Shown here: one piece after another, positions 50,527 to 61,310 of the stretch | Numbering within the stretch: the stretch's first letter is position 1 | Layout: each line of letters begins with the position of its first letter | Assembly (NCBI GenBank): GCA_019114805.1 | Contig: DXER01000081.1 | Coordinates: 12,976-76,975, forward strand | Direction of reading: 5' to 3' | Length of the DNA stretch: 64,000 nt | Source of the DNA: Candidatus Megamonas gallistercoris | GTDB taxonomy: Bacteria; Bacillota; Negativicutes; Selenomonadales; Selenomonadaceae | Translations under genes and position numbers: made by a program | Notes under the pieces: generated by a model | Seen by the model: the letters and a program-made list of their open reading frames with translations, nothing else | Told to the model about the DNA's origin: nothing | Databases searched by the model: none

Positions 50527-51912
50527 ATGAATAGGGTAAATATTCCGCGCGTAGTAATAGCGGCGACGCAGAGCAGTTCGGGTAAGACTACGGTAGTCAC
50601 AGGAATATTGCGTGCGCTGAAAAATAAGGGAATGAAAGTCCAGCCGTTTAAGGTCGGGCCGGATTATATCGACCCGTCTTATCATGGCATGGCGGCAGGC
50701 AGAGCGGGACATAATCTCGATACGTGGCTGGTGGATGAGAGCCGGATAAATGATTTATTCGCCAGTGAAGCGGAAAATGCGGATATTGCTATTATTGAAG
50801 GCGTTATGGGGCTGTATGACGGTGGTAAAAACGGCATAAGTTCTACAGCGCAGCTGGCTAAAAAACTGCAGGCTCCGGTAATTCTGGTAATCAATGTACA
50901 GTCAATGGGGGACTCGGCTGCAGCGATTGCGCTCGGTTTTAAGCTTTATGATGAAGAGGTTAATTTAGCCGGAGTGATTTTAAACCGGCTCGGTTCACCG
51001 ACGCATAAAATGCTTATTGAAGAAGCAATGGCCAGAATAAATGTACCGGTGTTCGGTGCTGTCTATCGTGATGACAGCGTTCATATGCCGGAGCGCCATT
51101 TGGGGCTTACACCGGCACAGGAAAATAATGCAAAAGAAATAATTGAGATTATTTCCGCTAAAATTGCTAAAGAAGTTTATCTGGATGAAATCATAAAACT
51201 GGCATGTGCAGCACCACCACTGGAAGTACAGGAAAACAAGCAGTCAAATGCGGCTAAAGATATAGTAATTGCCGTAGCAAAAGATAAGGCGTTTTCTTTT
51301 TATTATCCGGCAAGTCTTAAACAGCTTTCTGATTGCGGTGCGAAAATTGAATTTTTCAGCCCGCTGGAGGATGAAACAATTCCGTCTGATGCTTCGGCAC
51401 TGATTTTCGGCGGCGGTTTTCCAGAAATTTTTGCTGATAAACTGGCTGCCAATAAATCAATGCTTACTTCAATCCGCAGGGCAAATGAAAATAAAATGCC
51501 GATTTATGCCGAGTGCGGCGGTTATATGTATTTAATGCAGGGAATTTTTGATTTTGACGGTAATTTTCATGCAATGGCGGGGATAATTCCGGCAACGGCA
51601 AAGATGAATAAAAAATTGCAGACTGTCGGCTATGTGAAAGCAAAGAATTTACATGATAATATATTGGGTGAAAAAGATTGCGTATATCATGGGCACGAAT
51701 TTCATTTTTCCACGCAAAGTGAAGAAGCACAGGATTTTCCGTGGGCGTTTGAGTTTGTAAAAATGCGCAACAATGCTGAATATAAAGCCGGTTATGCCAA
51801 AGACAATATTTTGGGTTCATATCTGCATCTGCATTTTCTCGGTTCAAAAAAAGCAGCAGATTGTCTGTTGGAAAAAGCAAAAGAATATTATAAGAACAGG
51901 ACAAAGGGATAA
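50527..51912 (+). CDS. cbiA: Cobyrinate a,c-diamide synthase
   Basis: SGKTT, KVGPDYID, IEGVMGLYDG, AECGG, GHEFH, SYLHLH. Confidence 0.96.
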   Translation: MNRVNIPRVVIAATQSSSGKTTVVTGILRALKNKGMKVQPFKVGPDYIDPSYHGMAAGRAGHNLDTWLVDESRINDLFASEAENADIAIIEGVMGLYDGGKNGISSTAQLAKKLQAPVILVINVQSMGDSAAAIALGFKLYDEEVNLAGVILNRLGSPTHKMLIEEAMARINVPVFGAVYRDDSVHMPERHLGLTPAQENNAKEIIEIISAKIAKEVYLDEIIKLACAAPPLEVQENKQSNAAKDIVIAVAKDKAFSFYYPASLKQLSDCGAKIEFFSPLEDETIPSDASALIFGGGFPEIFADKLAANKSMLTSIRRANENKMPIYAECGGYMYLMQGIFDFDGNFHAMAGIIPATAKMNKKLQTVGYVKAKNLHDNILGEKDCVYHGHEFHFSTQSEEAQDFPWAFEFVKMRNNAEYKAGYAKDNILGSYLHLHFLGSKKAADCLLEKAKEYYKNRTKG

Positions 51913-51917
51913 TTAAT

Positions 51918-53432
51918 ATGAAACATATAATGTTACAGGGAACTTCTTCGCATGTAGGAAAGAGTATACTTACAACTGCGCTGTGCCGTATTTTTTATCA
52001 GGAAGGAATAAGCGTCGTCCCGTTTAAAGCACAGAATATGGCACTTAACTCGTACGTAACGAAAGACGGCGACGAGATGGGGCGTGCGCAGGTGGCACAG
52101 GCAGAAGCGGCAGGTTTGGAACCTTTTGTGGAAATGAATCCGGTACTGCTAAAGCCGACGGGAAATTCTTGTTCACAGGTAATTTTAATGGGAAAATCCA
52201 TCGGTAACATGTCGGCGCGTGAGTATCATAAAGGTTATTCACTTAAAGCGTTTGATACGGTAAAAGAAGCTATCAGCCGTCTGGAAAAACGTTTCGATAT
52301 GATGGTCATTGAAGGTGCGGGCAGTCCGGCGGAAGTAAATCTCAAAGCGAATGATATTGTAAATATGCGCATCGCCAAGTATTTAAATGCGCCGGTACTT
52401 TTAATCGCCGATATTGACCGTGGCGGTGCGCTGGCTTCACTTGTCGGCACACTGGAGCTTTTAGAACCGGAAGAGAGGGATTTGGTTAAAGGTTTAGTTA
52501 TTAATAAATTCCGCGGTGATGTGACAATTTTGCAGCCGGCGCTTGATTTTCTTGAAGAAAAGACTGGCAAGCCTGTTTTGGGAGTAATTCCTTATCTGTC
52601 TGATTTGGGAATTGATGATGAGGACTCCGTTTCACTTGATGATAAGGCAGTAGTAAAGGATAAATCGGATGCACCGATAAAAATTGCCGTAATTCAGACA
52701 CCGAAGATTTCCAATTTCACTGATTTTGACGCACTTAGTCGTGAAGAAGATGTTAATCTTTATTATGTAAAAGAAGGCGAAGCAATAGGTGAAGCTGATT
52801 TAATTCTGCTTCCGGGCAGCAAAAACACGACGGAAGATATGCTGTATCTGCGTCGTAGCGGTATGGAAAGGGTAATAAAACAGGCGCATGAAAACGACAC
52901 GCCGATTATCGGTATTTGTGGCGGTTATCAGATGCTTGGCGAAAAAATCAGCGACCCGTATCATACCGAGTCGGATAATGACAGCGTAGAAGGTCTGGGT
53001 CTTTTGCCGATGGAAACGGTTTTTGCCAAAGAAAAGCTTACTTCGCAGGTAAAAGCAAAGTGCCTTCAGTGGCAGTTTATGGGAGAGAGATTGTCGGTTG
53101 ATGATTTATTCGGTTATGAAATCCATATGGGTGAAACGAGATTTACAAAAGAGTGTGCTAATCCGTTCATGATAACGGAAAGGGCCGGAAATCCGGTGGA
53201 AATACCGGAGGGACTGATAAACGGCAGTGTAATGGGTGCGTATATTCACGGTATATTCGATAATGATACGTACCGTCGCGGTTTAATCAATATACTGCGC
53301 AAGCGCAAGAATTTATCTCCTCTGCCGGTATCGGTAAATTATGCCGCAGCTAAACAGCAGGCATATAACCGTCTGGCGGAAACAGTCCGTCAAAATCTTG
53401 ATATGGAAAAGCTGAAAGAAATATTAGGTTGA
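51918..53432 (+). CDS. cbiP: Cobyric acid synthase
   Basis: GTSSHVGKS, PFKAQNMALNS, EGAGSPAE, GICGGYQMLG. Confidence 0.97.
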   Translation: MKHIMLQGTSSHVGKSILTTALCRIFYQEGISVVPFKAQNMALNSYVTKDGDEMGRAQVAQAEAAGLEPFVEMNPVLLKPTGNSCSQVILMGKSIGNMSAREYHKGYSLKAFDTVKEAISRLEKRFDMMVIEGAGSPAEVNLKANDIVNMRIAKYLNAPVLLIADIDRGGALASLVGTLELLEPEERDLVKGLVINKFRGDVTILQPALDFLEEKTGKPVLGVIPYLSDLGIDDEDSVSLDDKAVVKDKSDAPIKIAVIQTPKISNFTDFDALSREEDVNLYYVKEGEAIGEADLILLPGSKNTTEDMLYLRRSGMERVIKQAHENDTPIIGICGGYQMLGEKISDPYHTESDNDSVEGLGLLPMETVFAKEKLTSQVKAKCLQWQFMGERLSVDDLFGYEIHMGETRFTKECANPFMITERAGNPVEIPEGLINGSVMGAYIHGIFDNDTYRRGLINILRKRKNLSPLPVSVNYAAAKQQAYNRLAETVRQNLDMEKLKEILG

Positions 53433-53454
53433 TTTATATAAAATTTGTGATGAA

Positions 53455-53493
53455 TAAAAAACTGCCGCATATGATTTATGCGGCAGTTTTTTA
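53455..53493. terminator. Bidirectional intrinsic terminator
   Basis: AAAAAACTGCCGCATA...TATGCGGCAGTTTTTT. Confidence 0.85.
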
Positions 53494-54396
53494 TTAAAGA
53501 AAATTATCGGTTGATTTGACCAGATTGATTTTATATTTGCTGACAAGTATTTTATATGCCGTTTGGCTGTATTCCTCAAAGCCGGGAATATCGCTCATGC
53601 AATCGGTCAGTACGTATATTCTGCGTGTCAGGTCAGGGCGATCGTAGTAATATTCGCAGATTTGCTTGATACTTTCCAGTACGCAGTGCGATTTTGCTTC
53701 GCCGGCGACAATTATCCTGTCGAATTCAGCGATTTTTTCGAGCAGTTTTGTGTTGGTACTGTCATGAGTGGAGTATTCGGGACGGATAATACCGTACATT
53801 TCTGAATGACGGTTTTGTCCTTTGCAGATTTTTTCGACAGGAATATTAGCGGCAACGGACATAAAGTGGATTATATTGCTGAACTGATTTTCCAGCGTCC
53901 AGCCCGTCGTGCCGTTGATGCAGTGGTACGGCCAGATAGTGAGCTGTTTTCCCGTTTTTTCCAGTTGGCGTACATAATGTTTACTGAGTGCCGGGTCGAT
54001 TACGGCACGCCATTTACCGTCCGTTAAATCCTGCGGTTTGATGACCGTATACGGTGCAGGATGATTGCCTGCCTCATCCATCCACCAATAAGGATGAAAT
54101 ATCTGAGCCGGCTCATGCGTATCGAGCGATACGATAATTGAGGATATTTTTTCGATATTATTGTAGATGAACTGACCGAGACGAATTACATCCTGCATGG
54201 CGCCGGGTACGCCGAGTGCGCCGTTGTCCATGAAATCCTGCTGAATGTCGATACCCAGAAATAACGTTTTCGGACACTGTTCATCATGTTCTATCTGCTC
54301 TAAATTCGCCCAGCGCAACAGATGATTAAGCGGCAGAGGGTTTATAATCTGCCCTACGGAGTCTGTGTCGAAAATATGATGAAATGGAGTTTTCAA
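53494..54396 (-). CDS. Nicotinamidase/isochorismatase-family cysteine hydrolase
   Basis: IDIQQDF, SLDTH, WPYHC..GT.G, AGEAKSHCV. Confidence 0.85.
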   Translation of the reverse strand: MKTPFHHIFDTDSVGQIINPLPLNHLLRWANLEQIEHDEQCPKTLFLGIDIQQDFMDNGALGVPGAMQDVIRLGQFIYNNIEKISSIIVSLDTHEPAQIFHPYWWMDEAGNHPAPYTVIKPQDLTDGKWRAVIDPALSKHYVRQLEKTGKQLTIWPYHCINGTTGWTLENQFSNIIHFMSVAANIPVEKICKGQNRHSEMYGIIRPEYSTHDSTNTKLLEKIAEFDRIIVAGEAKSHCVLESIKQICEYYYDRPDLTRRIYVLTDCMSDIPGFEEYSQTAYKILVSKYKINLVKSTDNFL

Positions 54397-54455
54397 CTAA
54401 TCACCTCGTTTGTATTTTTTTATAAAATAAGCTCAGGTTTTGCCTGAGCTTTTGT

Positions 54456-54935
54456 TTACCAGTGATATTTTTCACCACGGCTGATTTTAAAGGCGCGATA
54501 AATTTGTTCTACCAAAAGAAGACGTATCATTTGATGCGTAAATGTCATACGGGAAAAAGAGATACGTTCGTCAGCACAGCTGCGTACTTCTTCGGATAAA
54601 CCAAAAGCTCCACCGATTAAAAATGTTATGTGGCTTTGTCCTTGGAGCGTAAGTAAATCTATTTTTTTTGAAAGCTCTTCGGAGGAAATGGATTTGCCGA
54701 TTACATCAAGCACGATTAGATAACTGCCTGCCGGTACTTTTTTCAAAAGACGTTCTCCTTCAGTTTTGAGTACAGCAGTTTTTTCGGCGGGAGAAGGATT
54801 GTCTTTCATTTTTTCTTCGTTGATTTCAATAAATTCAAGCTGTGTAAACGGTTTTAAGCGTTTAGCAAATTCGGCTATGCCGTCTTTTAAATATTTTTCT
54901 TTGATTTTACCGGCAGTGACAATGGATATTTTCAT
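54456..54935 (-). CDS. rlmH: 23S rRNA pseudouridine-1915 N3-methyltransferase
   Basis: GKIKEKY, FLIGGAFG, MTFTHQMIRLLLVEQIYRA, YH. Confidence 0.97.
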   Translation of the reverse strand: MKISIVTAGKIKEKYLKDGIAEFAKRLKPFTQLEFIEINEEKMKDNPSPAEKTAVLKTEGERLLKKVPAGSYLIVLDVIGKSISSEELSKKIDLLTLQGQSHITFLIGGAFGLSEEVRSCADERISFSRMTFTHQMIRLLLVEQIYRAFKISRGEKYHW

Positions 54936-54940
54936 AGCGG

Positions 54941-56038
54941 TTAGCTGTTAATCGGCATTTCCGTCAAAGTGGCCTTCACTTCGCTGATATTGCCGTTGCG
55001 GGAGATAGTAATGGTAATAGTGTCGCCGATGCTGTGCTCGGAAATGGCACTGCGTAAATCAGCCACAGTATTTGTTTCTTTGCCGTCGATTTTTAAAATT
55101 AAATCGCGCTGCTGTATACCTGCTTTGTCAGCCGGTCCGCCGAGTGCAATCTGCATTACGATAACGCCTGCATCAACATTGAGGCGGTATCCGGATTGAG
55201 CTGCCGTCTGTTTGTCGAGAACGCCTACGCCGAGATACGGATATGATACGTGGCCGTTCGTGATTAACTCGTCGATGATAGGTTTTACCGTATTAATAGG
55301 AATGGCAAACCCCATGCCTTCAACACCTGTTGCGGCAAGTTTGGCACTGTTGATGCCGATGACTTTGCCGTCAGCATTTACAAGTGCGCCGCCGGAATTG
55401 CCGGGATTGATAGCTGCATCGGTTTGCAGCAGTTTTACGCGGTTATCGCCGATATTGAGTGTTCTGTTCAAGGCACTGATTACACCGGCTGTAACGCTGC
55501 CCTGAAATTCAAGACCCATCGGATTGCCGATGGCAATAGCCGGTTCACCGACCATGATATCGTCAGAGTCGCCGAATTCTGCTGTCGGCAGATTTTCCGC
55601 ATCGACTTTGATAACGGCAAGGTCAGTATACGGGTCGGTTCCTATTAAGGAGGCTTTTAATGTGCGTCCGTCGGCTAGGGCTACGGTAATATCCTTAGCA
55701 CCGTCGATTACATGATTATTCGTTACGATATAACCGTCGCTTTTGAATATTACACCGGAACCTGTACCGTTGTCGATTTCCACTTGGCGGTTGAACCAGT
55801 CGCGTGCAACGGCTTTATTCGTTATGCCGACAATAGCAGGACCGACTTTTTTCGCTGCCTGGACGACCGGTGTATTGCGGGCATCAGACGGCGGTGCAGC
55901 AGGAGCTTTTTCTTCTACTGCGGCAGAATTGTCAGTAGACTGGGTGAATGAGTCGGCATTGTTGGAAGAACAGGAAACAAAAAGTAGTGAACTTAAAACA
56001 ATGAGTAGAACACCTAAAATATATATTGGCTTTTTCAT
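54941..56038 (-). CDS. htrA: HtrA/DegP serine protease with PDZ domain (lipoprotein-like N-terminus)
   Basis: TNNHV, DLAV, TDAAINPGNSGG. Confidence 0.95.
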   Translation of the reverse strand: MKKPIYILGVLLIVLSSLLFVSCSSNNADSFTQSTDNSAAVEEKAPAAPPSDARNTPVVQAAKKVGPAIVGITNKAVARDWFNRQVEIDNGTGSGVIFKSDGYIVTNNHVIDGAKDITVALADGRTLKASLIGTDPYTDLAVIKVDAENLPTAEFGDSDDIMVGEPAIAIGNPMGLEFQGSVTAGVISALNRTLNIGDNRVKLLQTDAAINPGNSGGALVNADGKVIGINSAKLAATGVEGMGFAIPINTVKPIIDELITNGHVSYPYLGVGVLDKQTAAQSGYRLNVDAGVIVMQIALGGPADKAGIQQRDLILKIDGKETNTVADLRSAISEHSIGDTITITISRNGNISEVKATLTEMPINS

Positions 56039-56066
56039 TATAAAAACCTCCTTATCGGATTTTTTA

Positions 56067-56837
56067 TTAATTGAATTTTAAAGAAAGTGTCTTATCGGGT
56101 GAAGCAACATGGAGATTGACAGATATGTTTTCCTGCTGCGATATAATAGAATGGATTGTATTTAAGGCTGTTTGAGGCGTATTATTGTGTTCGCTCAAAT
56201 GGGCAAGGATTACTTCTGGCGGTTTGTTTTTCAGATTTTTTAGCAAAAATCCGGCATCAGTATTGGATAGATGACCGCGTGTACCCAAAATGCGTTTTTT
56301 TAAATTCCACGGATAAGTGCCGTTTTGAAGTAAATTTATATCGTGATTTGCTTCCAGAATGAGGATATCTGAACAATCCATAGCTTTATGCACTGTATCA
56401 GTTGCAAAACCTAAATCGGTGGCTAAAGTTATTTTTAGATGTTTTGTTTGTATATTATAACCGACCGGTTCAGCGGCATCATGTGATACGGCAAAGAAAT
56501 TTACAGTCATATTTCCGATAGTGAAGTTACTTTCAGGAAGAACATGACAGCATTGCGGCGGTATATCGTGGATAAACGGCATAGCCTTAAATGTATTGAG
56601 TTTGGAATAAAGCGGTATTTGATAATTTTTACTGAGTGTTTTTAAACCGCGTATATGGTCGATATGTTCATGCGTAATTAATATGGAAGATATGTCGCGC
56701 ATATCTAAATGGAGTTCGGACAATTTCTGTTTTATACGGCGGGCGCTGATACCGGCATCAATTAAAATGGCGGTAGTGCCGTCGTGGATTAAAGTGCAGT
56801 TGCCCTTACTGCCGCTGGCTAAAACGGATATCTGCAT
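56067..56837 (-). CDS. walJ: MBL-fold metallohydrolase YycJ/WalJ
   Basis: LASGSKGN, THEHIDH, HDA, EANHD, AHLS; synteny with htrA-rlmH. Confidence 0.9.
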   Translation of the reverse strand: MQISVLASGSKGNCTLIHDGTTAILIDAGISARRIKQKLSELHLDMRDISSILITHEHIDHIRGLKTLSKNYQIPLYSKLNTFKAMPFIHDIPPQCCHVLPESNFTIGNMTVNFFAVSHDAAEPVGYNIQTKHLKITLATDLGFATDTVHKAMDCSDILILEANHDINLLQNGTYPWNLKKRILGTRGHLSNTDAGFLLKNLKNKPPEVILAHLSEHNNTPQTALNTIHSIISQQENISVNLHVASPDKTLSLKFN

Positions 56838-56960
56838 AGAAAGCCTCATTTCGTATAATGAATTTGACGGTATAATTAAGTATATTACTACAGTATGAAA
56901 AAAACAATATAAAAAGCCACAGAAAAACTGTGACTTTAGATTAATTTTTGATTAAAATTA

Positions 56961-57395
56961 TTAACTGGCTTTTACTTTTTTAGCTTTGCATTCAGCGCAG
57001 ACACCGTAGAAATAAAACTGATGTTTTGTTATGTCATAAGAAGTCTGAGTTTCAACATCAGCAACGCATTTGTTAAAATTGACCATTATGTCGTCAATAC
57101 GGCCGCATTCAGTGCAGCAGATATGCGCATGAGAAGTCATATTCGCGTCATAGCGGAAAGCGTCTTCGCCGACGTTTAGAATGTTGATTAAACCGATTTC
57201 GTTCAGGATATCTACTGTTTTGTAAATAGTAGCCAAGCTCATAGTAGGATAATAAGGTTGCAGTTTATTGAAAATCATTTCAGCATTAGGATGAGATTTT
57301 GTATTGCACAGTGCGTTGTAAATGGCCAAACGCTGCGGAGTAACCTTGAAACCTTTTTTTCGTAAGAGCTCAGTCACTTTTTTGTTGTCCAACAT
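56961..57395 (-). CDS. Fur family regulator (PerR-like)
   Basis: KVTPQR, HPNAE, SLATIYK, HAH..CTECG, C..C. Confidence 0.92.
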   Translation of the reverse strand: MLDNKKVTELLRKKGFKVTPQRLAIYNALCNTKSHPNAEMIFNKLQPYYPTMSLATIYKTVDILNEIGLINILNVGEDAFRYDANMTSHAHICCTECGRIDDIMVNFNKCVADVETQTSYDITKHQFYFYGVCAECKAKKVKAS

Positions 57396-57419
57396 GGCTG
57401 TTAGGCTCCTTTCAATATA

Positions 57420-57436
57420 TTAATAATCGTTATTAA
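57420..57436. promoter_or_regulatory. Fur/Per-box-like palindrome
   Basis: TTAATAATCGTTATTAA just upstream of the fur/perR RBS. Confidence 0.55.
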
Positions 57437-57591
57437 AATAGAAAAGTTATCCAAAAACTATAACTTAATTCTAAAAGAAAAACAAGCGATTGTCAAGATT
57501 TTCCGTGTACTAACATAGGAGTCTGTCTTTTATTTTAGAAAGCAAGTGTGCTATAATTTAAAATAATGTTTTTTAAAGGTAGGTGTAATTT

Positions 57592-58734
57592 ATGTTTGCC
57601 TTGATGACAATAGGCTGTTTGCTTGTTATAACAGGTTTGGTTTTTTTATTGTCAGGTGAGATTTTTTCACAAAGTATAAAAAAGAGTGCGCGCAAAAAAT
57701 TATTGGTTATTGACTTGGTAATAGCAGCGGCTTTTTTTATCGTATATCCGTCCGTTATGACGAAGGATTATGGCGGAATTTTGGCGGAAACTACAGTTTT
57801 ATGGTTTGTGCTGCAGCTGTTTTTGATTATACTGGCTGTTATAGTCAGACTGTTGCGTCTGGTATATGAAAAGACAAAAGCTGCTCCTGTCGATGAGAGC
57901 CGCAGGCGGTTTTTACGCGGCTGTATTTGGGTTCCGGCCATTTCCGGAACTTTATATGGCGGGTTGTACGAGAAAAATCATATAGAATTTACGGATGTAG
58001 ATATTGATACTGGTGATTATACCAGATTGAACAGACTGAAAATAGCACAATTATCAGATGTTCATTTAGGTCAGTTTTTTTCGGTAAAACAATTACAAGC
58101 CGTTTTAAATCAGATATTGCAGCAGAAAGCTGATATGCTCGTTTTAACAGGAGATATTTTTGACAGTACGAAAAGTGGAGATAATGATACGGCAATTAAA
58201 GTTTTAAATGCCTATTCACAGTTTTTTCCATTCGGTGTATATATGTGCTGGGGCAATCATGAACATTACCGCGGTATTGAACATTTAAAAGAAGAACTTG
58301 AAAAAACGAATATTCAGGTTTTAAACAATACATCGGTTAAAGTGCTAAGCGGTGATAAGCCTTTATATATTTTAGGCGTGGACTTCTTGAACGGAGACAT
58401 GACGCCGGAAGTTATAAATCTGCGTGAGACATACGTGCAGGAAGCATTGGCCGATGTTCCGGAAAGTGCATATAAGATTTTATTGGCACATCATTCTATT
58501 TTTATTGATGAAGCTGTTAAGTATAAAATCAATCTGGCGCTTACGGGTCATACGCATGGTGGGCAGTTCGGCTTTATGGGGATACCGGTTATGCCGATGT
58601 TTAAATATATGCGGGGCAAATTCGAGCAGGACGGCTGCATAGGTTATGTCAGCCGCGGTGTAGGCAGCTGGTTTCCGTTTCGTATTGGCTGTTCGCCGGA
58701 GGTTACATTTTTCAATTTTAAGGCTAAAGGGTGA
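57592..58734 (+). CDS. Membrane-anchored metallophosphoesterase (YkuE-like)
   Basis: DVHLG, GDIFD, GNHE, GHTHGGQ. Confidence 0.92.
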   Translation: MFALMTIGCLLVITGLVFLLSGEIFSQSIKKSARKKLLVIDLVIAAAFFIVYPSVMTKDYGGILAETTVLWFVLQLFLIILAVIVRLLRLVYEKTKAAPVDESRRRFLRGCIWVPAISGTLYGGLYEKNHIEFTDVDIDTGDYTRLNRLKIAQLSDVHLGQFFSVKQLQAVLNQILQQKADMLVLTGDIFDSTKSGDNDTAIKVLNAYSQFFPFGVYMCWGNHEHYRGIEHLKEELEKTNIQVLNNTSVKVLSGDKPLYILGVDFLNGDMTPEVINLRETYVQEALADVPESAYKILLAHHSIFIDEAVKYKINLALTGHTHGGQFGFMGIPVMPMFKYMRGKFEQDGCIGYVSRGVGSWFPFRIGCSPEVTFFNFKAKG

Positions 58735-58740
58735 TAAAAA

Positions 58741-59583
58741 ATGAACGATATCGCAAAAATGCAGGAACTCTGGCAGGAAATGAGTTCATGGATGACGACT
58801 TATATGAAATCGTTTTATTCACCGGAGGAAGCAAAAAAAGCAAAATCCCATTTGGATATAAAAAATACGGGAACAATTTTCTTCGATGATGCACAGATTG
58901 TAGACGGAATTGTGCTTAAAGAGCAGCATACATGGAAGGTAACACATAATTGTGAACGACTGGCACAGCATTTGAAGCTCAATGAACATGATAAGATTCT
59001 GGCGAAGATGATAGGATTATTTCATGATGTAGGCCGTTTCCGTCAATTTACGATATATCGTACATTCAATGACGCCATGTCGGAAAATCATGCTAAACTC
59101 GGTTTGTCTGTAATAAAGGATTTATCGTTTATGGATAAACTTTCAGATGAAGATTTGGCGACGCTTAAATTCGCCATCGGCAATCACAATGCTAAGGAAA
59201 TTGCGCCGACAGATAATAAAAGATGGCTGTCTTTTGCCAAATTAATCCGTGATGCGGACAAGATAGATATTTATCGTGTTTTGAAACCGTATCTCGGGCC
59301 TACGGATGGCACAGGCTGCAGTCCTGATTTTGTAGAACTGTTTGTTGAAGGCAGACAGTGCGATTATACGAAAATGCGTACGCAGGACGATAGAAAACTC
59401 GTTCGTCTGATGTGGGTTTATGATATAAATTATGCCTGGTCGCTTCAGCAGATAATAAACGATAATTATATAGAAGATATTATCGGCAATCTATTGCAGG
59501 ATGAAGAAATGACGAAAGGTTTTGACCGTCTGCGGGCATATATGGAAGAAAAGCTGAAAACACCTGATATCTGGGAAGGTTAA
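58741..59583 (+). CDS. HD domain protein
   Basis: KEQHT, FHDVGRF, H...HN, RDADKID. Confidence 0.88.
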   Translation: MNDIAKMQELWQEMSSWMTTYMKSFYSPEEAKKAKSHLDIKNTGTIFFDDAQIVDGIVLKEQHTWKVTHNCERLAQHLKLNEHDKILAKMIGLFHDVGRFRQFTIYRTFNDAMSENHAKLGLSVIKDLSFMDKLSDEDLATLKFAIGNHNAKEIAPTDNKRWLSFAKLIRDADKIDIYRVLKPYLGPTDGTGCSPDFVELFVEGRQCDYTKMRTQDDRKLVRLMWVYDINYAWSLQQIINDNYIEDIIGNLLQDEEMTKGFDRLRAYMEEKLKTPDIWEG

Positions 59584-59605
59584 TTAGTATAAAGGAGATA
59601 TGAAA

Positions 59606-61261
59606 ATGGCTACGAATTTTGTTTACAATGCTATTGATGAAGATTTGAAAGAAGGAAAATATACAGAAGGCGTGCATACCCGTTTTCCGCCGGAACCGAA
59701 TGGTTATTTACATATCGGTCATGCAAAATCCATTTGCCTGAACTTCGGTATAGCCAGAGATTATAACGGAATGTGTAATCTTCGTTTTGATGATACAAAT
59801 CCGACGAAAGAAGACGTGGAATATGTCGATTCCATTCAGGAAGATGTAAAATGGCTCGGTTTTACATGGAAAGACCGCAAATTTTACGCTTCCGATTACT
59901 TTGAAAAATTGTATGAATATGCTGTGAAACTTATTGAAAGCGGTAAAGCGTATGTTGATGATTTGACAGCAGAGCAGATACGTGAGTATCGCGGCACTTT
60001 GACAGAAGCTGGTAAGGAAAGTCCATGGCGCAATCGCAGTGTGGCAGAAAATCTTGATTTGTTTACGCGCATGAAAAACGGTGAATTTGCCGACGGAGAA
60101 AAAGTACTGCGTGCTAAAATCGATATGGCTTCACCGAATATCACGATGCGTGACCCGGTTATTTACCGTATTGCACATATTTCACACCACCGTACAGGCG
60201 ATACATGGTGCATTTATCCGATGTACGATTTTGCTCATCCGCTCTCCGATGCGATTGAAGGTATAACTCATTCCATTTGTACGTTGGAGTTTGAGGAACA
60301 TCGTCCGTTGTATGACTGGCTTTTGGAAAACTTGGGTTTTGATAAAAATACGCGTCCGCGCCAGATTGAATTTGCCCGTCTCAATATCACAAAAATGGTA
60401 ATGAGCAAGCGTAAATTGCGTCAGCTTGTGGAAGGGGGCTATGTGAGCGGCTGGGATGACCCGCGTATGCCTACTATTTCCGGTTTGCGCCGCCGTGGCT
60501 ATACGGCTGCTTCCATTCGTGATTTTTGTGAACGTATCGGTGTGGCAAAAGCGAATAGTCTGGTTGATGTGGCAATGCTGGAACACTGCGTACGTGAAGA
60601 TTTGAATGTACATGCACAGCGTTTGATGGCAGTGCTTGACCCTCTTAAAGTGGTCATTACCAATTATCCGGAAGATAAAACGGAAATGGTATCGTGTGAA
60701 AATCTGCCGACAGGCGATGATAAGCACTATATGCCGTTTAGCCGTGAAATTTATATTGAACGGGAAGATTTCATGGAAGATGCGCCGAAAAAATTCTTCC
60801 GTTTAAAACCGCAGGGTGAAGTCCGCCTGAAAAATGCTTATATCATCAAATGCGAAGAAGTAGTAAAAGACGAAAACGGCAATGTTATCGAACTGCGCTG
60901 CACATATGACCCGGACTCCAAAACAGGAGGTAAGACGGCAGGCAGAAAAATTAAAGGTACAATTCATTGGGTAAATGCAAAAACGGCACTCAATGCACAG
61001 GTAAGACTGTATGATTATCTGCTCAAAGATGAAGACGGTGCAGTAAGCGGTGATTTTATCGCATCTTTAAATCTGAATTCGCTCATAGTGCTTGATAACT
61101 GCAAAGTTGAACCAAGCGTGAAATGGGCAGTACCGGGAACGAAATTCCAATTTCTGCGACAGGGCTATTTCTGTGTAGATAAAGACAGCACAATGGATAA
61201 TCTTGTATTTAACAGAATTGTAGGATTGCGTGACAGCTGGGCAAAGGTAGCCAAGAAATAA
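59606..61261 (+). CDS. glnS: Glutamine--tRNA ligase
   Basis: [30 protein letters not shown]. Confidence 0.97.
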   Translation: MATNFVYNAIDEDLKEGKYTEGVHTRFPPEPNGYLHIGHAKSICLNFGIARDYNGMCNLRFDDTNPTKEDVEYVDSIQEDVKWLGFTWKDRKFYASDYFEKLYEYAVKLIESGKAYVDDLTAEQIREYRGTLTEAGKESPWRNRSVAENLDLFTRMKNGEFADGEKVLRAKIDMASPNITMRDPVIYRIAHISHHRTGDTWCIYPMYDFAHPLSDAIEGITHSICTLEFEEHRPLYDWLLENLGFDKNTRPRQIEFARLNITKMVMSKRKLRQLVEGGYVSGWDDPRMPTISGLRRRGYTAASIRDFCERIGVAKANSLVDVAMLEHCVREDLNVHAQRLMAVLDPLKVVITNYPEDKTEMVSCENLPTGDDKHYMPFSREIYIEREDFMEDAPKKFFRLKPQGEVRLKNAYIIKCEEVVKDENGNVIELRCTYDPDSKTGGKTAGRKIKGTIHWVNAKTALNAQVRLYDYLLKDEDGAVSGDFIASLNLNSLIVLDNCKVEPSVKWAVPGTKFQFLRQGYFCVDKDSTMDNLVFNRIVGLRDSWAKVAKK

Positions 61262-61262
61262 A

Positions 61263-61302
61263 AAATAAGGGGTATAGCTTTTAAAGCTATATCCCTTATT
61301 TT
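61263..61302. terminator. Bidirectional intrinsic terminator
   Basis: AAATAAGGGGTATAGCTTT...AAAGCTATATCCCTTATTTT. Confidence 0.8.
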
Positions 61303-61310
61303 TATAAATT

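Noticed and set aside
57895-57920. Internal SRRRFLR twin-arginine-like motif
   Set aside because: Common feature of YkuE-like metallophosphoesterases; not novel
59606-61261. GlnRS in a Firmicute
   Set aside because: Known in clostridia and relatives; not unusual enough to report
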